From NCBI RefSeq assembly GCF_009914755.1, contig NC_060932.1: a stretch of 64,000 bases of DNA. The stretch is one strand, 5' to 3'. This stretch comes from the human T2T-CHM13v2.0 reference genome, Homo sapiens. Within the stretch, counting starts at the first letter, position 1. Every line of letters begins with the position of its first letter. Below are positions 1-13,818 of the stretch, one piece after another. The notes under the pieces are model-generated. The model was not told where the DNA came from, ran no database searches, and saw only the letters and a list, made by a program, of their open reading frames with translations. The position numbers and the translations under genes were made by a program.

Positions 1-2609
1 CGTTCTGTTGATCCTAGTCTAGTTCAATAACATTCAATCTTTCATTGAGTATGATATTAGTAGATTATAGTAGGTGAATTAAAATTCTAGAGTAACAACA
101 TGAAAAGGATGCAGTAAGGGTCCATTGCTTAGTAAAGTCATACACTGTCTCAATTTAACTGCATTAATACTGGATACAACAGTAGCTGGAACAAGTTGTA
201 AATAATTATCTACTACCTAGCTTTGAAAGAGAGCACATTTTACATTCTTATGGAAACTTTTTTTTTTTTAATGATGAAACAACCAATTCTGTAGCATATA
301 GAAAATGCATAATGTCCTGCAAAAATAACTGTGTAGTGGAAAATTATCTCTTTCAGATATTCATCACTTACTGTTCACTGATTTTCATGCTGAGAGGTTC
401 ATGCTTAGACTACTCTTCAAACAAGTTTATCTGGGTTGAAGTTTTTTGCCTCGCTCCCTTTGGACGGGAGGTTGACATTTTCTTATTAAATTCATAAACA
501 TATCTTCTACTTATATAATATTCAAGAGCCAGCCATGACTGCAGGAAAATCCATGAGGGTACTCATGGCCTCATTCTTTTACCACTTCCTCTCCATCTCC
601 TCACTGCTTACATAGGAGCTCAGCTTCCTCTTAAAATCCCTTTCAGAGAACCCTGGAAATTTTCAGGATGTTTTGCTCAGGAAAAAGGCTGCTCATGTTG
701 TACTAATTCTGGCTTCTCATTTCCGTCTCTTAGTTCTGCTTCTGTGGGAGCTGCCCTCCCTGAAAATGTGTGTTTCTGTAGTGGGGTACGATCCACTGAC
801 GTTCCTGAAGGAAGAGCAGTTCTTTAGGTGCCTGACTTGGTGAGGACTTTGTCATTGATGCCTTAAAGCATCAATGATCATGATGAGAGCCTTACGTAGT
901 CTTTCATGAAGTCAGCTCCTTCACCTGTCACCATCCCATTTTTCCCTCCACAGGTGTCACGTAGGGAGGAGAGAAGGAAATTCCTTGGCATCCCCTTTAT
1001 CATCTTTACCATTTCTTTGACCTTGTCCAACCAGTCATATCACAAACAAGCAAACAACCAAGCAAAACCCAAATATTTTCTTCTTTTAGTCAAAACACGA
1101 AAACTAATATGAATATTAATTCATGCAAATGAAAACCTGCAATGATCACCCACAAACCAGTTACAAATAAACAAATTTGGCCTCAGTTGGAAACCTGGCT
1201 ACACAGCAATGCCTCCATTGACTAGAGTCAGTCAGTTGCATGTTTCTATTTTGCAAAATCAATCCAACAATCATTTACTGAAGGCTCATAGAGTATTGCT
1301 CTGGGGGATATTGAAATGAATATAGATAAAAAGCAAGAATGTAATCTTCTTAATGTCTTCTGTTTAGAATAGCTTCTACTTCACAAGGCCTTTTTGTTTT
1401 GTCATTCATTTTCAAATTAATTAAAATACAGCTCATTATTTTCCAGGCACAAATATTTGCTCACTATATTTAAACATATAAATATTTAAACACATAAATG
1501 TCCACTGCTAATTGCCAGGCAATTAGCAGTGGACATTTGACTGCAAATGGAGTAGAGCTGATTGTAACATTATATGCAAATGAGGAGTGCTGAATCTAAT
1601 CATGCATTGAGATTTCCAGACAGTAAAAAATTATACCCTCTCTGAAAACCCAAAGCTTTACATTCAAAGGTCTACCCAGGAATAAAGGCAGTAATGGATG
1701 TCACTACTTGTAGTTATTTACTTTAATCACCAATGCCAAAAATGATATTTAGATGATGATTGAGAACATTAGCATCTTGTAAATATCAAACATGATTATT
1801 TCCTGTATGGTTCTTGAACCCCTCACTCTTAAGTCAAATATTTTCTTGTGTATCATTTTTAATAAATCAGAACAACAAGAGCTGAAATGAAGACATCATC
1901 TTATTTAATCATTTTAAAAATAAACACAATAGTTATTACTCTTATACTTTATAATAGCCTGAGTATAATCATACCTACTTCTGGAGAGACAGATTTTCAT
2001 TCATAAGACAGCTTTCTGAAATCCTCTTCTCATTTATCAAACTGGAAGGATTGGCTAATAAAGCAGTCAAAATTTAAAAATATATATTTAGTTTGGTTGA
2101 ACTCTTTGTTTTAATTTAATGAGCTCATCTAGCTTAAAACATATATAAACATGAATATGTGTGTTTCATTCTTCCACAGAATTTTGGAAGCAATACGGGC
2201 GTAAAAGGTTTAATTCATCATTTCTTTGCCACCTCGATTAGAGGTTTTAAGCCTATTCCTTCAAGCTGCATGAGTCATATCAGAAAATATGAGAAATCAA
2301 CATCCTGAAATAACTTGAATTGAGATTTGTTTAATGGTGGGATGGAGCAGTATCTCACAAAGTGAAAGCTTTTTATTAACACTGAAGAAAATACAACCAT
2401 CATCAGGCGAGAAGATTATAATGGAGGTTGAGAAGGATAACTTTGGCTGTGGATGTTTCCACACTGAGAAAAAATGTCTCTGCCCTGATCAGATGCTAGT
2501 GACCTGCTCATTTCCTGCATTTGCTATCACCAACACTTCAGTCCTAATTTCATATCTACTGATTGGTTTCATATCCTCCTCCCCCTTCTCTTCTTGTCAA
2601 AATTGGAGC

Positions 2610-2860
2610 CACTTTTCAAGACCTAGCTCAGGATTTTGCTCTGAAACCCTTCCTGATCCTCCCGGTTTAATTTAATCACTCCTTCCTCTTCTTCTTAACA
2701 GCACTTCTTATCTGTACCGGTCCTCTGACCCTGAATCATATGCTACTTTATATGGTTCATTGCATTTGCAAGCCTATTTGTCTGATCTTAGCTAGTTTAA
2801 AAAGCCTTTGAGGGCAGAGGCTGTTTGTTTCTGTGCTTATACTATCTAGTGGCTGTATAG
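2610..2860 (+). mobile_element. L2 LINE 3' fragment (ancient)
   Basis: Degenerate similarity to the L2 3' region (ttcaagacctagctc...ccttcctgatcctccc...tttgagggcagaggctg); boundaries approximate. Confidence 0.5.
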
Positions 2861-2974
2861 GGGGAAAAATTACATGTTGATGATCCCAACTAATCCTTTT
2901 GCTCCAGGATACGTGGCTTCCTCAGGACATGCCATGCATATGTGAGGTCTATTTTAATTCATAACATCCTAGAT

Positions 2975-3193
2975 ATGGCTCCAGAGTCAGATAAACCTAA
3001 ATTTGAATCTTTGATCCACCACTTATTAAATGGGATTTTGGGGTACATTTCTTAATTTCTGTAAGCATCCATGTACTCATCTGGAAATAAAGGGAATAAT
3101 AAAATTGTGAGGATGAAATTAGATAATGGCTAACAATCACCTGGCATGGTTCCTGGCCAATAATTAGCACAAAATAGTGGCAATTATTATTAC
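2975..3193 (+). mobile_element. MIR SINE
   Basis: MIR core (gagtcagataaacctaaatttgaatc...ctcatctggaaataaagggaataataa...tgtgaggatgaaattagataa) ending in attattatta. Confidence 0.75.
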
Positions 3194-3637
3194 TATGGGT
3201 GTTGAAGCATGGTGGACCCTCAAGTGGCTCTGGTAGTCGGGGAGGAGGATTGCTTAGAGAGTGCACAGAGTGCTGGACTCTATCAGCCAGTCATCAAAAT
3301 CGCAGGGCCAAACACAATGCAGTGAGCTCACACTTAATGTAGGGCAGTGTCAGGAGAGAGGCAAAGTATGAATGAGAATCATGCCAACAAGAGTCCCTAA
3401 TGGTAATAATACTAGAAATTAGGCATCTGGCAAGTACTGTTTCGAGGTGGTCTTTTCAGTTTGGTTGAAGACATTGAACAGCATCTAAGATTTCTCAAAA
3501 CAGAACCAGTTTTTCTGAAAGGGAGGCTAGGGAATGGGTAGGCAGGGTTTTAGGTGCTTTGTTGAGTAGATGAGAGTTTGTTTTGTTTCATGTTAATGCT
3601 TTTTCTTCCAGCAACTGCCCAAAGCCCCTCTTCCTCA

Positions 3638-4289
3638 TGTTGGGGCTCAGAAGCTGATACCCCAATACATGGCGCTTTGACATGTTGAGTTGAAGGAAAA
3701 GCCTCAGGTCTCTTTGACCTTCCCCTCCACTCCCGATATTCTGTCTTCCCCAAAGCACAGGGTGAAATTGTTCTCTGAAGTTCCTTGATCTGCCTAAAGT
3801 CTGGAACTGCCAAAGAATAAAACAATTACCTCTGTTCCCTTCCCTGAGTTTGTATTAATTGAAATCACTTTTAGGGAAGAAAGATTGAAGTCTGTTAACA
3901 CGCCTGGACAGACTTTTGTCATAAACCATTGTCTTCTGCTTCAGTCCCATTCAGTATTATATAGAACCATTTACCAGCCATTGTCTGCTCTATGGGCCCA
4001 ACAGACTTTGTCCCAGGCCATTGTATATTCTTCAAGCCCATTGAATTCCCCTAAAAATAATTTACTACTCCCCCCATAAAATCATCCATATTTCCTCATC
4101 TCACATTATCCTAAGAAGAAGGGTAGATAACCACTTGTACCCCACTGGGTGTTGGGGTGATCACTCTGTGATTTCTCCCATGCATGTTAATAAGAATTTA
4201 TATGTCTTTTCTAGTATTAATCTGCCTTTTGTTGATTTTTTTGCAAAACTTTGGAGGGAAAAAGGGAAGTTTGCCCTTCACCCCTATAC
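3638..4289 (+). mobile_element. ERV1 solo LTR, MER39/MER34-like
   Basis: Starts TGTTGGGGCTCAGAAGCTGATACCCCAATACATGGCGCTTTGACATG and ends gggaagtttgcccttcacccctatac, resembling recalled MER39-group termini; ~650 bp. Confidence 0.7.
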
Positions 4290-4659
4290 TTTTCTTCTTG
4301 TTTGTAGAGTCACTGACTCATTGTTACCATTTTCTTATCTCCATTCTCTTACCAACCCAATGCAATAGAGTTTCTCCTACAGGTCCTCTGAAATCACTCC
4401 AGCCAAGGACATTAGTGTTTTTCTTGTTTCTGACTCTATGGATTCATTGTCATCTTGTCTCTCAACAGCATCCAAATCTATAGACCACTCTGTTATTCCT
4501 GAGTTTTTCTCTGCTTTTGTCTGCTGTCAGATCAAACATAATCACTTGGTATTCTTTTTTGGCTTCTCCTACTCACTTTCCCCACCAGGTTCCTCTTCCT
4601 CCTGTCAATTAATTGTTAATATTCCTCACAATTCCCTCTTTGTCTCTGTTATAACTCTA

Positions 4660-5052
<393 letters not shown>

Positions 5053-5543
5053 TCAGGAGTTCGATAACCACCTTTATGTTGATGGCTTCTAAATCTCTGA
5101 TATCAGTCCAGATCCTTTTCTTGACCTCAACTACAGGGCCAACTAACTACTAGATTTCTCAAACACTACTAAGACAGAACTCTTCACCTCTCCCAGGTCT
5201 CCAAATTTATTCTTCCTCTCCTGTTCCTTCTCTCAGGGAATGACACCATTATCCATTCTGTTGTTATTCAAGTAAAACAGACTCACATCCTTCTTGACAT
5301 TTCATTTTTTTATATCCAATTAATCATCAAATTTCTACTCAAGCTTCCTTACCCTGTTTTCCTCTTCTGGGTAGATAGGTCTTGTTTGATAATTCATCTG
5401 CAAATATATAGACTAGAGTGCTTACTTAAAAACCGCTCTCTTGTTTTTCTTTTCATCCACCTGTTACCACATAGCTTAATCAGTTTTGCCACATCCCTTT
5501 CAGTGTGGACTTAGAAAATATACCCCCAAAAAGCTTCAGTTTC

Positions 5544-5716
5544 AATTAGCTGGGCGTGATAGCACGCGCCTGTAATCCCAGCTACTCGGGAGGCTGAGGC
5601 ATGAGAATTGCTTAAGCCCAGAGGTGGAGGTTGCAGTGAGCCAAGAATGGGCCACTGCACTCTAGCCTGGGCGACAGAGCGAGACTCCGTCTCAAAAAAA
5701 AAAAAAAAAAAAAAAA
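5544..5716 (+). mobile_element. 5'-truncated Alu (right monomer plus poly-A)
   Basis: aattagctgggcgtg...gagactccgtctc followed by ~23 A. Confidence 0.92.
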
Positions 5717-7135
5717 GAAATGAATGTGCATATGACTACCATCCTAATATAAATGGAGCTTATGCCAGTACTATTTGCAGTAGTACTACTTGAAATAATG
5801 CTCACAATAAATTTTATGCTTATTAAATAGTAATTATACATAATATAGAAAGTCAAATAGTGCTACAAAACTTACAATAACAACACTCATTAACTTGACC
5901 CCCTTCCAAATCTGATTTTTTTACTTCTCCAAGGCAACCACTTTCAATTCTTTTAGTTACACTTTCAACACTTCTATTGTTGTCTCCTTATTTCTAAATT
6001 AAATGCTTATACTGTGACTTCTTGATTTTAAACTTTAGGTATTATTTATTGACTTCCTGTTTTGAGAGTTTTGCTTTCTTATACCACTCCTCCCCTTGCC
6101 TTTCCCCCCTGATTATTCCTCTCTCCATCTTCCTAATAGATTTACATATAATTTCTATTTACGTTTAGAATTTTCATTACCATGACTATGGCTAGAGCTG
6201 AGCCCTGTAGTGTACTACATATAATAACATTTTTGTTTTACTACAAATGCTTTTGCTTTTCCTGGAGTTAAAATGTTCTTATTTTAATGTGTTTTCTTAC
6301 ATTTCTTTTTACCTATTACTAAATCAGTCATATGCTTTGCACAAGCACTATAAAAATCTTCTCAGTATGGTCAGGTTTTTTTCTTTTTTCTTGGCGAATT
6401 CCTCCTAGAAATCTCTATCTGACTACTCTAATCTTAACTGGTTACATTCTAAGCCTGCTCCACAGCTGTTGTTTTAGACACTTATATTCACTCTTTTTTG
6501 GAAATTCCCTTTACCGCTCTCCTTGGTTCTTTGTAACATTACTGGATTTCCTGAATACTATTTCTTAGATTCCATCTTATTTGTTAGAGCACATTCTCCA
6601 ATAATTTCCTGAGAAAGGGGTTAGGGGAAATAATGTTTTGTAGAAACTTGCATGTCTGAAACTATGTATTATATTGTCACATTTGATTAGCTGTTTTGCC
6701 AGACATTGAGTTTTAAATAAATTTTTTTCTGAAAATTTAAGCCACTTTTCCATTATTTTCTATTTTCAGAGTTGATACTGAGAAGTCTATTAATGCGTGG
6801 ATTTCTAGTTTCTGTGTATAATTTATTTTTTTCTCTCTGAAGCTTTCAGGATCTTTCTCCTTGATACTCTAAAGTTTTGCAATGATGTAATATGGCTTGA
6901 GTCTTTCTAAATTATTTTTCTGGGCCCTACTTGGATCATTTAAATGTGGAAACTCACATCCTTCATTTTGAACTATATTCTTCTATTATTTATTCCAGAA
7001 TTGTTTCTCCTTTTTTTTTCTTCTCCTGATCCTTTCATTCTATTTTCTGGGTGATTTCCTCATTTTATTGTACAACTTGTCTATTAAATTTTTGCATTTG
7101 CTTCTATATTTTTAATTTCAAAGACCTTTTTCTTA

Positions 7136-7260
7136 TTCATTCATTCATTCATTCATTCAACAATATTTATTGAATAATTATGATATGCCAGGGACTAAGA
7201 TAGATGCTGGAGATAGACACAAACCCCTGCCCTTCAGTATCTTATCTTCTAATGGTTGAA
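7136..7260 (-). mobile_element. L2 3' end with (TTCA)n tail
   Basis: ttcattcattcattc...aacaatatttattgaataa...tgccaggg is the reverse complement of the L2 terminus. Confidence 0.75.
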
Positions 7261-7297
7261 GGCAGGTATGGGATTGCAAGTACCAAAAGATGGGTGA

Positions 7298-7604
<307 letters not shown>

Positions 7605-7918
7605 GATATTACATTTTAAAAAGGAGAGTCTGGGTAGGCCTCATTGAGAATGTTTGATGATGCTTGACTGCTCATCATATTTACAAATGAGGTATGAAAA
7701 AGTAATTGGAAGCACTTTGTAAATGTGTGCATGTGGGGGATGGATTGTTTTGTGAACCATTGGGCCTTACCATAGATTAATTGAGCATTTAACCACTTCT
7801 TTGGGCCCTTTGCCTTGAACTGACTGCTTTCTCCAGGAGAAGCTTTATTCTCCTGTCTGAAACATATGTGCCAGACTGCCAGCATTCTGAAGCCAAGTCA
7901 CTATGTAGATCATCTCTC

Positions 7919-8209
7919 TTTTTATTTGAGACAAGGTCTGGCTCTGTCGCCCAGGCTGGAGTGCAGTGGCATGATCTCAGCTCACTGCAACCTCTGCCTC
8001 CCAGGCCAATGCCATCCTCCCACCTCAGATTCCCAAGTAGCTAGGGCTCCAGCCACGCACCATCATGCCCAGCTAATTTTTATATTTTTTGCAGAGACAG
8101 GATTTCACCATGTTTTCCAGGCTGGTCTCAAACCCGTGAGCTCAAGTGATCCACCTGCCTTAGCCTCCCAAAGTGCTGGGATTACAGGCCTGAGCCACCA
8201 TGCCCAGTC
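7919..8209 (-). mobile_element. AluJ-type SINE
   Basis: Diverged Alu with J-like bases (ccatcctcccacctcag, gagctcaagtgatcc); flanking repeat tatgtagatca(t/c)ctct at 7902-7917 and 8212-8227. Confidence 0.92.
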
Positions 8210-9204
8210 AATATGTAGATCACCTCTTAGTTATGCTGTTTCTTGCAGGGACTCTACTTGAACACTCAGTTGTGATTACTGTCCCTGAGGCAAGAGCCTC
8301 TTCAGCTTTATTTCTCCTGAGATTGAATCCCCAGTTTTATTCCAGAATAGTGAAGAGGCAGCTATTTGACAGTCTGGGCTTGGGAAGAAGACACAGATGT
8401 ATAACTGATTTTTATACATATACTGACATTTGAACAGTCTTCTTTTTGTCAGCTCTGACCCACACCCATTTTGAGAGTTATAGTTTCCTGGTGGCTCTGC
8501 TGTCTGAACTCTCTAGGGTTCTGAACCACGAGAGGCATTACTTCCCTCTGACAACCACCATTTCCCCCAAAGCTGATAGTAGGCTTTTAGCTTTCTCTTT
8601 TCTGTTAGCTACTGCTCATCTACCCACACTTCATCTTACAAAATTTTATCAACATCTGTCACCTACTAGTATCTCTGAACTCATGTCTTTTGTTTTCCTG
8701 GGTTTATACCAATTTCCTTTGCTTTTATTTTAGTGGAGTTTTGGAGGAAGACAAGATAAACCTGCCCTATTTAATAAGAAGTCCAAAATAAAAGACTTAA
8801 TCCAAATTACTTGAAAACTTTTCTGAATATATGAAATAAAATTTTCATTCTCACAATGAGAATAGTCTTTCATTCTCTATGAATTCTCCAAATAATTTAG
8901 TGATTAAGAAAACAGATCTATTTTCTTAATATTTCATAAGCCTTTTGGTTACATACTAAAACAATGTATTAATATTCTTATACAGTAATCATATTTGAGT
9001 TGGTTCATTAGACTTTATTTTAACATTATGAGTAATTTTTTTTTTTATTAGAAAGTCTTTTGAATTGTAGGGCATAAGGAATTTTTAGTTGTGACTCCTA
9101 GGTCTAACATTTAAAAAAATTCAAAACACACTGTCTTAGCAATGTTACTAGAATTAATCAAACGCTAAAATTTTGTAAGCCTGACTCCATAGACCATAAA
9201 ATAT

Positions 9205-9340
9205 TGGAAAGATCACTTGCTATGAAGTCAATAAACTTGGAATTTAATCTCAACTATACCACTGGCTACCTGACTTTAAATGAAATGAACACTTTTGACC
9301 TCAAGTTCCTAATCTTTAAAATGGGGCTTAAACTAGTTGG
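9205..9340 (+). mobile_element. MIR fragment
   Basis: cctcaagttcctaatctttaaaatgggg resembles the MIR core. Confidence 0.55.
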
Positions 9341-9568
9341 CCTAATACCAATATTGAATGATTATTTGATAGTTACATAGAAATAGATTGGATGTAGAAA
9401 TAGAGATATGAATTGCATGGTGTTTGCTCACTAGAATGTGGAAAACTGTAAAGGATGCATGAATATCAAGCAAAGAGAAATAAGTCACATAGGTTGCCTG
9501 CCATTCTTTAATGCTTATTTTCTTTCAATTTTTTCTTTTTAATAATCTTACTAAAGTGAAGCTGGGGC

Positions 9569-10263
9569 TGTTAGTGGTGGCAAATCCATATGGGCCTGCA
9601 GCAACCTTACTTCTTGCCTCCTTAGAAGAAAGAATTCAACTGAGGGGCATTAGGCAGAGGGAGAAACTGAGGAAAGTTTTAGAGCATGAGTGAAAGTTTA
9701 TTTAAAAGCTTTAGAGAAGTAATGAAATTCCTTTCATTACTTCTCAAGCCGGCGACTTGAGAGATCAAGTGCACTGTTTGCCCTTTGACTTGGGGTTTTG
9801 TATGTTGGCATGCTTCCAAGGGGTTGCATCCCTTCTCCCCGATTTTTCCCTTGGGATGGGCAGTCTACATGAGCAGTGGCCTGTCAGCAATTGGGAGGGG
9901 AGCATGCAGTGTATGTACTGGTGTTGTGCACATGCTCACTTGAGGCATTCTTCCTTTACCAGTCTAATGTTCCTAGGAGGTCATCTACCAGTTAAACTTA
10001 CCATTTTTGCCTTTTAGTGTACATGCTTGAGCCCACTTGCCCAACTCCTGAGATCTTATTGGGAAGCTGCTGATCACGAGTTTCATACTTTTTCCTATCT
10101 ATTGGGAGACTGCCTTTCCTTGGTGCCAGTTGTGACCAATTATTATTTTAGAGAGGCAGTTTAGCCACCACCAGACCATCACATCATAGTTGCCTGACAT
10201 TCCTGGTGACTGGGGGGACCCTCACCTGCTCTGGTTATGTCTGCCTGACTGACTACTGTAACA
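9569..10263 (-). mobile_element. ERV1 solo LTR, MER50-like
   Basis: TGTTA...TAACA termini, exact 4-bp TSD GGGC (9565-9568 and 10264-10267), internal match to recalled MER50 (agaagaaagaattcaactgaggggc). Confidence 0.85.
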
Positions 10264-12140
10264 GGGCCAGGTCATTTTCTTGCTTAAACATCTTACTATA
10301 GTCCATAGGATAAAGATCATCACTCCTACTCATGACATATGCACAGCCATTGCCAGTGGTTTCAAAAGGCTTGCACATCACGAAGGCTCAATAAATGTTA
10401 TTGATTTGAACTGAACAGTAAATAGATCAGATGGTATAACTGCCTTTTAGTGCTCATAGCCAATGTTCTAAAACATTCTCCTGGTCTATTTTTTTGTCTG
10501 GCTGCCGTATTGCTATGATTTCTAAAAAAACCCATAGTTTTCTGGATCAGGAAGACACTTTACTGGTGGGTCAGGTTATAGAGATCACTGAGAATGAAGA
10601 TTTTAGTAGTAAAATGATGTAAATAATCTAAATACAAACCCTTCTACTGCTAAATCAATTAGAGTCTTTTCCCAATCCTTAGAGGGAAAAAAAGTTAATA
10701 GATTTGCTGAATTTTAACTATTTCTCTCCTTTATTTTTCATATCTTTTGGATATTTACTTGATTACCAGGGTTCAAGCAAATGATTCTCAATTTGCTTGA
10801 ATCATTGTTTTAGATTTATTGTTTAGAATAATTGTTTTAGATTGTTTATTTCATGCTGCTTTCTGTGTGACTGCTCTAGGAACAAAGTCATGAGTAGAAG
10901 CCAGGGAGGCATGAAAGAAAAAGTCTTGTGGCACCCACACCGAGAAGATGCTAAGCAGAGATGTGAGGAAACAAAGCTGAGAATTGAGGGACAATCCAAG
11001 GGAAAGAAGTGGACTGGGAAATGGGTTCTCCTGGCCTGGAAAAGACACGTCACCACAGAAAAAAATCTGGCTCCAGAGAACAATTTATTTTAATATGCCT
11101 CATTTTGCTATTTCATTAATTCAGAAATACTTGGCCTTTTTTTCTACTGTTACTGTGGAGGCATAATAGGAAATGTAAACATACTGGTACAAAATAAGAA
11201 ATAACTTATTTATATGGCAGGAAGACTAGAAAAATCACAGCCATTTTCTTCTTCTTACTATAAGCTCTAATTTTCCATGATACTGCTCTACATACAGGAT
11301 CTTTATTTAAAAAAACCTGAAGTGATGATATTACATTGCCACATCAACATTTGAAATTAAATGATCAATGGGTGATATAAAAATGGCCAGCACATGGTAC
11401 ATTTTGTAATACTTTAAGTCACATTGTTGAGATCCTTGATAAAGATATGATTTGCTTTTAATCTGGCACCATCATTTATTTTGGGCAAAGCTAGAAAACA
11501 AATAACATAATTTGCATAATGAAACCATTGAGAGAAAAATCACTGTAATTTGTCAGAGGTATCTGCACCATTTTGACTTACAGTTTAAATTCATTCAAGT
11601 TTATTTCTTTCCTTACCCCAACTAAACAATGCTTTTGATTTATTCTTGCCATTTAGTGTCATATAAAATAAAGTGTTCCACTAGGAGGAGAAATAATTTG
11701 TCAAGTAGAAACTATATTAAATGAAACATTCTCTCTGATATGTTTTTAATTTGTTTTATTCCCATTTTGCTATTGCAATTTTCCCACCTGCCAATGGAGA
11801 TAAGGGGCTGTTTCATTCTTTCTCTTTTGGCTCGCGAAGGCCACACGCTTGTTTTGTTAAGGAGAGTCCACCTATCACCAGGAGGGACAGAAGTCAGCTC
11901 AGGAAGGGAGACCCTGCCAGGGAACTCAGCCATGAGGTAAGGCCAGCCATGAGTCCAAAGACAAGTATTCCTGAGCACCTGACCGCTATTTATCAAACAT
12001 TGTTCTAGGGGATGTGGGGAATTGTAAGAGAAGCTCAAGACAGTGTTCTTGTCTGGGCTGATGAAACCTTATCCTAATTCAGGCTACAGTGAATACTTTA
12101 TGTGCATTCTGAGTGTTCCTATCCTTTCCTTGTTATATGG

Positions 12141-12637
12141 CAGGAGTTTTTGATATAGGGTACATGGACCCACAGGAGGCCCTTGGATAGAACACAAGTG
12201 GTAAAATTCCATCTTTTAAATAATTAACTACTAACTGAAATTTAGCCATTTCTTCAATTATATATGTTGGCACAAACCACAGTAGTATTAAGAGTGTCTC
12301 TGACCTTGTCAGCAGTAGAAAACACTGATATTTTTATATAATATCACAGTTGTTGCAGATATCTTGAAACATCATTTGTGCTTTATCACTATTTTTGAAA
12401 ATTATAGTAGTTATTAGACCTGCAGCTAGAGTTTGTTACTTAATGCATTCATATAGAAAGACATCATTAAATCACATTTTTCTGGATACTTTTATAATTG
12501 TACTTCAATGCAATTGGTGTCTTTTGTAATCCTACGTATTTTCTTTCATACATTCAAACACTCATCGGAGGAGTGGCCCACAGACCTTAACAGTTGGCCA
12601 AAGGTGTCAGCAATACAACAAAGGTATCGAATCCTTA
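12141..12637. mobile_element. hAT-Charlie non-autonomous DNA transposon (Charlie4a-like)
   Basis: Degenerate terminal inverted repeats (caggagtttttgat... / ...aaggtatcgaatcctta); body aaaccacagtagtatta...cagttgttgcagatatc matches a recalled Charlie element. Confidence 0.65.
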
Positions 12638-12889
12638 TCTATGATGATCAGATTAGGTAATTTCTTTATTCACTTATACTTCTAATAGAAAAAGAAGAGA
12701 AAAAATGAAAAAAAGTAAAATTAAGGGTTTAATTTCAAATGTTTGGTGGGGTGGAGTTGTTGAAGTGGTTAACAGCATTGAGGCTTCTGAGTTAGTAGAG
12801 GCTTAAAATTTTTCCTTTATATATTCATTATTTCTGGTAATTGAGTTATTCAGCATCTGACCTTTACCGTCTTGATAATATTTCTGTCT

Positions 12890-13150
12890 GTTGTTTCTTG
12901 CGAACCTTTTCTCGAATCTGTCAGCTTGTGACCTTGGAAGGTTACTTAACACCCCCTGCCTTACTTTTCATCATTTTCTGGTTGGAGCTAATAATGCTTC
13001 GTTTGATGTTGTATTTTTGTGTGTGAGATCTTTTGTTTGTAAGATCTTAAAAGATATTGACAGTATTTAATTGAATAAGAATACATTTGTAGGCATTTGA
13101 AACTCTAATGCCTTATATAAATATATCAATGCAATGATTTATTATTACAG
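12890..13150 (+). mobile_element. MIR fragment
   Basis: gtgaccttggaaggttacttaac...ctaataatg MIR core. Confidence 0.55.
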
Positions 13151-13180
13151 CTGTTATGCCATAACATGTTGGGTTGCTGA

Positions 13181-13818
<638 letters not shown>

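Noticed and set aside
939-1112. Strong-looking acceptor tttttccctccacAG at ~953 and the 68-aa ORF
   Set aside because: No convincing downstream donor or recognisable peptide; isolated acceptor-like sites are common.
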